The position numbers and the translations under genes were made by a program. A stretch of 64,000 bases of DNA from NCBI GenBank assembly GCA_036172245.1, contig JAYWIR010000021.1:1426001-1490000 (forward strand). Direction: 5' to 3'. The DNA is from Raillietiella orientalis. Taxonomy: Eukaryota. Of this stretch, positions 50,586 through 60,899 are shown piece after piece. Every line of letters starts with the position of its first letter. The stretch's first letter is position 1. The notes beneath the pieces were generated by a model. That model was given only the letters and a program-made list of their open reading frames with translations. It ran no database searches and was not told the origin of the DNA.

Positions 50586-50610
50586 CCACCACCACCACCA
50601 CCACCACCAC
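50586..50610. repeat. (CCA)n microsatellite
   Basis: Directly visible. Confidence 0.9.
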
Positions 50611-52143
50611 GATCACCAACGCACTACTTGCTTTCGCTTCCAGGAGAGCGTCCCGCGGGCATGCTGCCTCACCGGGTGTTCTCTCGGCTATGGGATGCGC
50701 GCCGCCTCGCGCTTCCCTCCCAGCCCGAAATCCCGAGCTTCCGTCCCGGAGATAACCCGGCACCGCCGACGGGATGCCCTCGCGTCCGGTCAGTCCCACA
50801 CGCCTCAAAGCGCTCACGGAGAACGGTGCGCTCACGTGTCTGGCCACCGAATGCGCACGCGCAGCGCAACTTCTGCCTCCTCCTCCTCTTCCTTCCCTCC
50901 CCTCCTAGGATTCCCCCCTAACCCCACCCTCACCCCATCCCCCCCGAGCCGCGGAGCAGGGACGGGAGCGCATCCACACGAGAAACCCAGGCGAAGCGAT
51001 GCGCGTGCGCCGCTTCCCAACCTCCTGCGCGCTGAGCGGACCAATGAAACGCGGGGGAAGGGAACCAGAAAAGAGAGAGCGAGAGAGAGAAAAAAAACAA
51101 ACACCCGCGTTGCGCCGGTTCCCGCCGAAGGCAAAAGGAAGGGGAGGAGGAGGGCACGTCGGGAGCGCACGCTCCTCCGTGCCTTTTTTTTTTTCTTCCC
51201 CGCACTTCAAGCGCTCCGTACCTACCGGAAGGCTCGGGTTACACAAAGACGTCCAGGAATCCCCTGGAGCAGGCCGGAGGTCCCGGCGACCTCGGGCGGT
51301 CGATCGCCTCTCCTCCTCCTTCTGGAGTAACCTTTCCCTCTCTTAAGCTCCGGGAGTATTCCCGGGTGGGTTATTGGGGAAGCGCGGTGCGCGGCCCTCG
51401 AGGGGGCGAGGAGATAGGTGGGGTGAGGGGGAAAGGAGGGAAACCGGGAGGCGCTCGCTGTCGTCCCTGAGTTTTCCCCTTCCCGCTTCTTGGACCGCGA
51501 CCGGCGCGCTAGCCTGCTCGGGGATGGCCAGTTCACGAGGAAGGTGGCGCGCGCGTCCCGGATCCTGGGCGGAGGAGACATCTGCTGTGCGTTTGCTCCG
51601 TCGAGGGCAGCATCCGTAGCGAGGGCAAATGGCAGACAGAGTGTTGTGGCAGAGGGCTGCACCAGAAACATCCTCACCCGCGCGTCGACCGACCACCAAC
51701 GCGGATGAGCGAGCGTCGAGGTGCGCGGCTCGAAGAACGTCGCCGCGAGTGTGCGACTGATAGCGCGGCGGCCACCAACCCTCCTCCTGGACCCTCTTTC
51801 CGCTGAGGATCTCCTCCTCCTCTTCGTTTTCCCAGAAGAGAGAAGAAGTTGCTCCAGAACCACTGCAACGGTTGCTTTCCTTGTCCCCTGACAAGCAGTG
51901 GTTGCCTGGAGATGGGCCTCAGCCCTGCCCGTTCCGAGCTGCCATCGTGGAGAGCAGGAGCGCCGTCTTCGCCACCGCGTCGCCTTGGAAACATACGCGC
52001 GCTAGATCCATCTAGCGCCCGTATGTCGACGAGCCCCGGGGAAGTTCACTGCCATTCCCGATTTCGCAGCCCTCGACCGCCGAGGGGGATCCAAGGCAAC
52101 TGTGAGGAGATTCGGCGCCGGCTGCGACAGGGCGCAAGGGGAA

Positions 52144-52171
52144 GAGGAGGAGGAGGAGGAGGAGGAGGAGG
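52144..52171. repeat. (GGA)n microsatellite
   Basis: Directly visible. Confidence 0.9.
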
Positions 52172-54784
52172 GGAGGGGCAACGCGAAAAGCTCTCACAGC
52201 TCAGCTCCCAGTACCCGCTGGAAAGCAGCGGTTTCCTTAGGCAAGCAAGCGCCGAGAACTCCAATAGCCCCTCTTCCTTTTCCGTTTTTTTTTTTTTTTT
52301 CGTTTGTTTCGAGTTTGGTACCCCTGTTCGCTTCACTTCCGGGAGGAAACGTTTTCGAAAGGTCGCCATTCGAGTTTGCTCCCAGAATCCCCCCGAATGT
52401 CAACAATACGTTACGGTCTTCATGGAAACCGATCTGAACAATTCCCACTCGCCGGCGATTGTTGACCGCGACTTCCGGCGGCATGGTGGAGGCGCGCGAA
52501 AAGGGAAAGAGCTGCGATCGGGCACGAAAGGAGCCCAACTCTCCACCCGCGTCCTTAGGGGAGGGAGGGAGGAGGAAGATGCAAAAAAGGGTTTAATCCC
52601 CTCGCTTCCTGCGTGCTTTCCATTCTGCCTTCCTCCCTCTTCCCACAATCTGCACAGAACTCACGGAAGCGGAGCAGGTGATGACGAAAGCTGACCACAG
52701 CTTGATTGCGGCGGAGGACGAGGGAGGCACGGGCGAAAAAGATTCGTCACGCCCCCTCTTCCTCCTCCACGATCCCCGAGGAAGCCGCGGGCGCAAGCAC
52801 GAAGTCAAAACGTTATTTTTAGTTTCCGATGCGCGGGGAAACGGATGGGGCCTCTCTCTCTCTCTTCCTGGCTTGCAACGGACTGCAGAAAGCATCCGAG
52901 GGATTCCTGGAATGCTGTCCAGACCTTCCCCCCCCCCCCCTTCTCCCCTCCTAACCCTTCCGCAACCTCGGACTTTCCTCCAAGGAGCCCGGGATATCCG
53001 CTCGAGAAATCCAGCAGCTCCTGCACCCGCAGCGACCGAAAATGGGCACGACGGATCGCGCTGGCGCTGCTGGAACGACCTCAGGACTCTGCGCACGTGA
53101 CCCGACGTTTCTTTCCTCTTTTTTTTTTCTCCCTCTTCCTTTTTCAAGGGTGCGACTGGAATCCGCCTCTTCGGGTTCTCCGGGATCCGGCGGACTCGGG
53201 AACGCCAGCCGGCCAGCGCAGAACGCGCGCGACTCGAGGAAAGCAACGGGACCTCGGCGACATCGGACGGCGGCGCACGGAGGCACGGCGTCAAAGAGGA
53301 GTCACTTTTGATGGAAAGCTTATCGCTGCACGTGTGCACTGTTAGCAGTTGACGACCTCGTTGCCTCCGTCTCGGAGGCACTCGAAAGAGATTAGCACCG
53401 GTTCATCCACGAGCTGGAAAGCCGCCTCCTCGAAGAGATTCCCGCTCGGAAAAGAGAGAGAGAGAGGGAGGGAGGGAGGGAAGAGAGAAAGGGTGTAAAC
53501 CTCCTCCGGAGATGTGGAAGCGGAAATAATTGCATCCGCCGTTCTCCGCGCACGTACAGGACAGCGTCACATGCAAGAGATTAGCGCTGCTCCATTCTTC
53601 GGCACCGTTCCCCTTCTCCGCGGACGTTAAAGTACAATGGGGGGGGGACCCTGGTTCCAAGAAGTCATCCGCGGGCTGGGCGAAAACATCTTGACGGAAG
53701 GAGGAAGCGAACGAATTTGCTCTCCGGCAGGCGAGCCGACTTCCTGAGCTCCTCAGATGGCAGACCTTCGTCCTCCGAACGCGGAAGGACGAAGGCCGCG
53801 CTGCCCATCCTCATGCTAGGCGAGCAAAAGAGGAGGTTGTGGGGAAGGAAAGGCGGCAGCGAGAAAAACATGGGAGGTCGGAACAGGGGCGCGGGTGCTG
53901 GCGTGGTCGCGAGCGCGAGCTGGAAACGCGCGCGCACGAAGCGCTTGACCCCGTGCACTTCCAGCCGGAGAGCACTCCAAGTCGCAAGCCCTTGAAGCCT
54001 GCAACAGGCGCGACTCCGCCCTCAAGCTTCGACGCCTTAAGCAGCCCATTCTAAAAATAAACCCGCAAACACCAAACAAATCAACTGAGAACACTGCAAG
54101 CCTCGGACGCTCCCCACGCCTTCTGCAGCTCCGAAAACCTCGCCCTCCCCGCCCGTGCGGAAGGACGCGCCTACGTAGGCACCAGAAGAGTCTTTTATCT
54201 TTCGTGCTGGTCGCCAGAGAAGGGTCCATTTGCCCTTCGCAGGAAGAAGCCATCCCTTCCCCTCTGAAGACCGAGAACACGACCCGGTGTATCCAGATGG
54301 GCACCCTGAGGCACGCGCTGCGACCCTCAGGACGGGCAAGAAATTCGCGAAAGCTGAGAAGGAAGCGGCAACGAAGAGGAAGAACGTTCAAAACCGAACC
54401 AACAGGCGGCGTCCTCAGCGCGGCTGTCGATGGGTGAAATAGGGAGGACCCAGTTCTCCACTGTAACAACCGGTGCCTTTTTCCTCTGCCTCGTTACCAT
54501 CCAACGAAAAGCACGAAATACACGAGCAATATCCCCCCTCCCTCCGCTCTCCTTTCGTCCTGCCCAAGAGATGACCTTTGCAAAGAACGCGTTCACAATT
54601 CGCCCTTGAGGATGCGTTTGAAAAAAAAAGAAAAGAATGGAGCGCACGAGCTTTGGTTTCACGAAGGACTCAGCCCGATATGCTTGCTGGAGTAGCAGTG
54701 CCGAAGCCACGGCAACGAAGGTGCGCATCCGCGCTCTCCTGTGCTCCATACGTAGTACTCCATACGTTGCCCACGGTTACCTGC

Positions 54785-55916
54785 GCACAGGCACGTGCCG
54801 CCGCTGCTGCCGCGCACACGCGAGACCGGAGGGAACCGAAGGGTCGACCGAGATTTCAGCTCGCTCCGGCGAGCGCCCGCGAGGACCCACGGAGCTCCTC
54901 CACCGAGACCCACGATCGCCACCACCTCGCCTCGATTGGCCCGTCGGTCCAAAGGCGCGCCGCGCTCGACTCGCGACGCGGACGGCGACGGCACCGAAGA
55001 AGAACGGTCCGGCGATAAATCACCAATCGGCCGCTCCCCTCTCCCCCCTTCTCCCGCTCCCTCGCGAGAAGGAAGGATGAAGGATCGCTTTATGGCGGCG
55101 GCTGCGCCTCGCGTCTGCGGAGGAGCGTCGCTTCCCCCGCGAGTGCACCACCCGGTCGGTCCGCGCAGGCGCGACCGTCCGCCTGCGCGAGCCAGCCGCG
55201 AGCCCCCTCGTCCCAACGGTGCGCACGCGACAGCAACGGCATCCATCCACTTCCCCCTCCCCCCTTACCCCGCTCCCTCCAGCCTTCCTCCTCCTCCTGG
55301 CCGCGCGCGTGGCGCAGTCGCGACTCACGCACGCGGTCCCGCGTGGCGCCCGGACGGACGACGACGAGACGGTCGCCGAAAACGAGCTCCTCCCTGTTGG
55401 TTCACAGGTGCCCGCGGGAACGATGGCACCGCTGCCGGCTGTTCCCGGCGAGAAGAGCACGTCGACGCCGCCCGCCGGCGGGCGAGCGAGCCGAGCCGAC
55501 GAACGGACATCGCCGCCGCCGCGGACGCGTCGTTCGCCGTCGTTCGGGCTGCGCCGCAAACCCACGTGGATCCGTCGCTCGGGACCGCGCCGCAACAGAT
55601 CCATCACGGAGACGACGGCGGCTCGGGGCCGCCATCGCACGTCGCGGGCGCCTCTCCGTAGGTTGCCTGAGCGACGCTGCCAGCATCGCGGAACTCCCTC
55701 GCGACTACCACCGCGCGGACGAAAAAAAGGGAAAAGGAACGCGCGGAGAGGACATGCGGAAGAATGAGGAGCGACAGTCCTGTCGGGATGCGGGAGAGCA
55801 CGGCACCCCGGAGGATGAGGAGGAGGCGGAAGGGTACGCGAAGGCGAGGGGCGCAAGCCCTTGGCGCGCGAGGACCACAGGGACGCGGACCACGCGCGGG
55901 CTTACCGGTTCTCCGC
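54785..55916 (+). repeat. Left arm of a ~1 kb near-perfect inverted repeat
   Basis: Reverse complement of 56983-57978 apart from a few substitutions and an extra 136 bp (55739-55874). Mirrored ORFs in the track translate identically. Confidence 0.97.
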
Positions 55917-56982
55917 GCAGCAGTTCATGGGACCTCGTCCCGATGCCCTTTCTGGAAGGGACTGGGAAGGTGAATGATGATGATTAACGATGGGGTCATC
56001 AGCAATGTTTTCCTGCGGAATTTCAGCAGGAAAGGAAGCATCCTATCCCATGAAGTATGCAAGATGCATTAGCGGATGTAGATGAAGATGTACGATGATG
56101 AACACGGATGTCAAGGCGACGGTGGCACAACTCAGTGATGCTTGCTTTGGTTGGCTTAACCGGGGCGGAAGCACCGAGTTCTGATCGTCAAGGTCACGAA
56201 TTCCTCTGTCAAAAAGCGGGGGCCAAAGGAAGAGTTCAAGGTGCTTCAGGGACCCCTTCATTCCTGGGAGCCACACGAGGACTCGCACCGCGAGGGATGG
56301 CGACGGAGCTCTGAGCGATCCGACAAGAGGCGTTACGCAACATGGCGCCTGAAGCGTCCACAGTGGCTACGTGCAATCACAGGAGCCCTTTTCGGGACAG
56401 CGTTCCACTCGGCCTAAAGGCACAGACAGATGGGAGCTCATTCGCTCGCGGTCCTTTGAGTGGATCCATCCAAGGAGAGCGGCGTCGCATGGCTTCTGGC
56501 AGTCACCGTCCCATCTCCCGTGCTTCCAATGGCCGGCGGGGAAAGAAGTCCGCCAGCAGCATGGGGGGCCGTCGCAGGTCACCCGTGGAACCGAACCATC
56601 AAGCCGAACTTTGCAACTTTCGATTTCCCCTGCCCTGCTTAGTTTAATGGGATGCATTTTATCTTACAGCTCCTCCGTGCAGGCATGTGACTTCCCATGG
56701 GAACGCATCTTCCGAAAGGGTGGTGCGTTCGTTCCCTCTCTAACCGTCAGTCCACGATGGGGTCCGCATCGCGTGACGTAACCATGAAGGTCTCCGCTGT
56801 TTCTGGTGCGATCAGGGATGCGCTCTCCAGATCGATTCCTCCGTGGATCTGCTATCCACGTTCTCGAGCTTCTCCAACGGAGGAAGAACCCAGTGAAATG
56901 GGAAGACCTGTAGGCAGAGGGAAGGCAAAGAAAATGGGGTGCCAGCGGTCCTCTAGGCGGACGCCATAGTTCTCCCTGCAAT

Positions 56983-57978
56983 GCGGAGAACCAGTAAGCC
57001 CGCGCGTGGTCCGCGTCCCGGTGGTCCTTTTCCCTTTTTTTCGTCCGCGCGGTGGTAGTCGCGAGGGAGTTCCGCGATGCTGGCAGCGTCGCTCAGGCAA
57101 CCTACGGAGAGGCGCCCGCGACGTGCGATGGCGGCCCCGAGCCGCCGTCGTCTCCGTGATGGATCTGTTGCGGCGCGGTCCCGAGCGACGGATCCACGTG
57201 GGTTTGCGGCGCAGCCCGAACGACGGCGAACGACGCGTCCGCGGCGGCGGCGATGTCCGTTCGTCGGCTCGGCTCGCTCGCCCGCCGGCGGGCGGCGTCG
57301 ACGTGCTCTTCTCGCCGGGAACAGCCGGCAGCGGTGCCATCGTTCCCGCGGGCACCTGTGAACCAACAGGGAGGAGCTCGTTTTCGGCGACCGTCTCGTC
57401 GTCGTCCGTCCGGGCGCCACGCGGGACCGCGTGCGTGAGTCGCGACTGCGCCACGCGCGCGGCCAGGAGGAGGAGGAAGGCTGGAGGGAGCGGGGTAAGG
57501 GGGGAGGGGGAAGTGGATGGATGCCGTTGCTGTCGCGTGCGCACCGTTGGGACGAGGGGGCTCGCGGCTGGCTCGCGCAGGCGGACGGTCGCGCCTGCGC
57601 GGACCGACCGGGTGGTGCACTCGCGGGGGAAGCGACGCTCCTCCGCAGACGCGAGGCGCAGCCGCCGCCATAAAGCGATCCTTCATCCTTCCTTCTCGCG
57701 AGGGAGCGGGAGAAGGGGGGAGAGGGGAGCGGCCGATTGGTGATTTATCGCCGGACCGTTCTTCTTCGGTGCCGTCGCCGTCCGCGTCGCGAGTCGAGCG
57801 CGGCGCGCCTTTGGACCGACGGGCCAATCGAGGCGAGGTGGTGGCGATCGTGGGTCTCGGTGGAGGAGCTCCGTGGGTCCTCGCGGGCGCTCGCCGGAGC
57901 GAGCTGAAATCTCGGTCGACCCTTCGGTTCCCTCCGGTCTCGCGTGTGCGCGGCAGCAGCGGCGGCGCGTGCCTGTGC
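56983..57978 (-). repeat. Right arm of the ~1 kb near-perfect inverted repeat
   Basis: Partner of 54785-55916; unique 1066-bp spacer at 55917-56982. Confidence 0.97.
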
Positions 57979-59663
57979 TCCTCTCCTTGCGAGGCCCCGA
58001 GGCTTCGTCCCCTCCCGCCGGGATTGGGCTGCCACCGCCGCGCTCGACCGCGAGAGGCGCTGCTGCTGCCCTCCCGCCACATCTCCTGCTGTCTCGCCCA
58101 CGCCGCAAGCAGCCGCTCCGGGGAGGAGCTGTAAATCACGGGATTACAAGTGCGAAGATTAGCGCCTCGGAGGCCACGCTACGCCTGGCGTCTTCCTGAT
58201 TTCTAGGGAGGGGAAAGGGAGTGTGTGGGGGGGGAGGGGGGAGGAGCCGGCGAATCCGGTCCGGCTGCGCTCTCAGGTCCCTGACACGCCTCGTGCGAGG
58301 CAACGATCCGGGAGATGAGGATGCTCAGCTGCGCGGATTAGGCGTTTGCTCGAAACGGAGTCGCCCGCGGGGGAGGACACGGCGTGCTCCGCGCCGAGAG
58401 GGGTGGCGCACCGGTGCCTCTTTCTCCGTGGACTCAGAGTGGTGTACGGGTGCACTCACTGGTTGCCGCGAAAACGAACGCTTGGCGGAGATCGCCTCAG
58501 CGAGGGCACTCAGCTTTCCTGTGCGCCCGGGGAGGCCGCGGGACGCTGCTCGCATCCGTTCGCTATCCCTCCGGGAGCGAAGGGCGGCAGCGCGGATCCA
58601 TACGCTCGCCTACCCTCCTGCTTGACTTTGCCGGCCGCCGCCATGCGGCGTGGCGCGGCGAGTTGCGGCACTCGGGAATGCGCGCTGAGCTTTTGCTCTC
58701 CTTCCCCCTCGCCCTTTCGGAGGCTCCTCGGGGGTTCCACGCTCCCCGGCCCCATCTGAGGAGCGGGTGCGGGCTTCGGGAGCTGCCGGGAATCTCCCTC
58801 GCAACTTCCCGATCCATCTCTGGGACGCCCGGTTCATTAGGACGAGTTCCCCTTGCGGCGGCCGGCAAGGGCAAGTGGAACTCCCAGGAGACGCCTCGCT
58901 TCCTCCCGCCCCTTCCTGCGCCCCCGCGAGCCTTTCCCTCTCCCGTCTCCTCCCTTGCCCCTTCCTGTGCAGCGGCTCTCGCCGCGTTCGTATCGGAGGC
59001 GACGGGACCACGGCTCATCTCCTGAGTCCTACCGGTCGGAAGCGAAGGGAAGGGAAACGTGGCCTGCTACCCCACTTCCCTTGGCAAGATGGCGGAGGAG
59101 GTCTCTCAGGCGAGGAGAGGGAACCTCCTTCAACTCCTTCGAGTGCTCTGCCCCTCTACGGACTCATGGGCCGGGTCGTCGGGGAATCTGTCCCCATTTT
59201 CTTTTCCGAGGGTGGGCAAGAGACTCCTCTCCCCTTTCCCCTTCAGGTCTTCTGGAAGTCTCAGATCCTGTCCCTGAGCTGCCTGTTACCAAACCGACTA
59301 CGAGCGCCATCGTCGGCCACGGCCAGGAGCCCTGCGGTTCTCCGGGCACAGTCAGACTGAATTCCCCTCTCATCCTTGACCCTGGCTGCCTCACAGCAAC
59401 CCCGGGCAAGAGAGGGGGGCGACGCGGGACAAATCCGTCCCCATCCCAACGCAGCAGGATGCAGAGTGGACTGGGTGGTCCAGTGGTGCGGGTATCACGC
59501 GCATGCCGTCCTCGTGAGGGAACGGTTAAGTGAGGCCGTATCCTGCTGCCGGTCATTTCATCCGCCGGCATCTTGCACCGAAAGAGGCAGAGGGTCACGG
59601 GATGACGAGAGTAAGGGTGGTCCACCAATCGTGCGACCTGAAAGGCATTGCAAACAGGGATAG

Positions 59664-59827
59664 TGCACGCAAGGATTGCCTTCATGCGATCCTTGCGTGC
59701 ATCTGCCGGCAGTACTCACGTCCGTTACGACGACGCTGCCAAGTGTCGTCGTAACGTGACCGACAGCCTGCAAGCATGCGCTCTGCTCGACGATGCTGTG
59801 GCTGCGCTTGCGCGTGCCGCACAGCAT
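59664..59827 (+). other. Three tandem stem-loops (candidate structured RNA)
   Basis: TGCACGCAAGGAT/ATCCTTGCGTGCA (59664-59701), CGTTACGACGAC/GTCGTCGTAACG (59723-59756), ATGCTGTG/CACAGCAT (59793-59827). Each stem extends with G-U pairs only on the + strand. Confidence 0.55.
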
Positions 59828-60899
59828 GGTCCAGAGGCTCGCGTGTACGTCAACGTGCAGCAGCACGCGTCTCGTACCGGGTGCATCCTGAGAGCCGCTT
59901 TCCCTGACCCTTGCTGGCACGTCGCTGACTGCCCCTGCAAGATGCTGGTTGCGCTCCTCCACGGAGCGTAGACTGCTATCGCACTCAGGCTCTGTTGCTT
60001 GCTGCCCCGGGAAACGGTCGGAGCACCTCCCAGAAGGTTCGTCTCTCGGTACCTTGTGGAATTCCGATGGAATCATCTGCTGCTGCCCCAGAGCAGAAGG
60101 CAGCCAGTCTTATCAGGCGGCATTTCTTTGGAAGGAGCTGTTGCTGGACCGGCTGATCTCCTGGCAACAAAAACCTTGGTCTTGGCAACCAGATGGTGAT
60201 GCTTTAAGCTCGCAAGAAACCTCCGAGCCGTGGCAGTCTCTGCGGACGAATGCAGTCGGAGCAGGTGTGATGACCGCATCTCCAGCCAGGAAAGGACGCA
60301 CTCGGGGCAGCAAACTGCTGTGCTGCCTACCCAAAACTTTTGCATCGTGCTGGGAAGGATGGGGAGAATTCTGGGATATGGAGACATGGATCCTGACCAA
60401 GAGGCGAGTTTTGATGCGGGGAATCCCAGGCTGGTCGACTCGCTCCTCACCGGCGGAGGGAAGAAGGCATTCTGCAAATGGACGTCGACGGGTGGCGTGC
60501 AGAGACATCCTGCCTGTCCCTTTCGTACGGACCGCTCTGCGCCTGCTCAGGGATGAAGGAAGGGGCGATCGTGAGTTCGGTGCAAGCAGACGCCAGCAGA
60601 TGCTCGCTGCTCTTCCTCTGCAGTTGCACTCAAGAGCGGCTGTCCTGGAAGAACCCTTCTTTGCACGAAAAGTGGCTGCCGTTTCCGCTCTGACTATCCT
60701 TCCTGTGTTCCAGAGGCTTCTCGTTCAGGGACACGCTCGTGGGTGGGAGCTCTCCTGGAAGAGTTCGAGATCCCATGGTTTGTACAGAGGAAAGAATCCT
60801 CCCTCGCCATCTTCATCCGAGAGGACACGGAGCCCTCTCATCCTGAGCCTTTCCCCAAATGCTCTTGTGGAACGGGATGTCGCCATCTTATGGATTCCA

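Noticed and set aside
51350..52601. Dorsal/NF-kB-like sites upstream of Twist (GGGAGTATTCCC, GGGGAAAACTC, GGGTTTAATCCC)
   Set aside because: Degenerate, scattered and expected by chance in G/C-run-rich DNA.
56092..56188. C/D-box snoRNA-like ACGA-TGATGA...CTGA-TCGT in the inverted-repeat spacer
   Set aside because: The terminal stem is out of kink-turn register, no rRNA guide is recognisable, and the box C lies in a (GAT)n-like tract.
54785..57978. Autonomous long-TIR transposon (Foldback/Mutator/Polinton)
   Set aside because: No TSD, no terminal motif or subrepeats, and no transposase or integrase ORF in the spacer.
10541..59533. Hundreds of 60-390 aa R/G/P/S/A-rich ORFs on both strands
   Set aside because: Expected from stop-codon scarcity in very GC-rich DNA. 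They overlap in all frames and lack domains or exon structure (Twist excepted).
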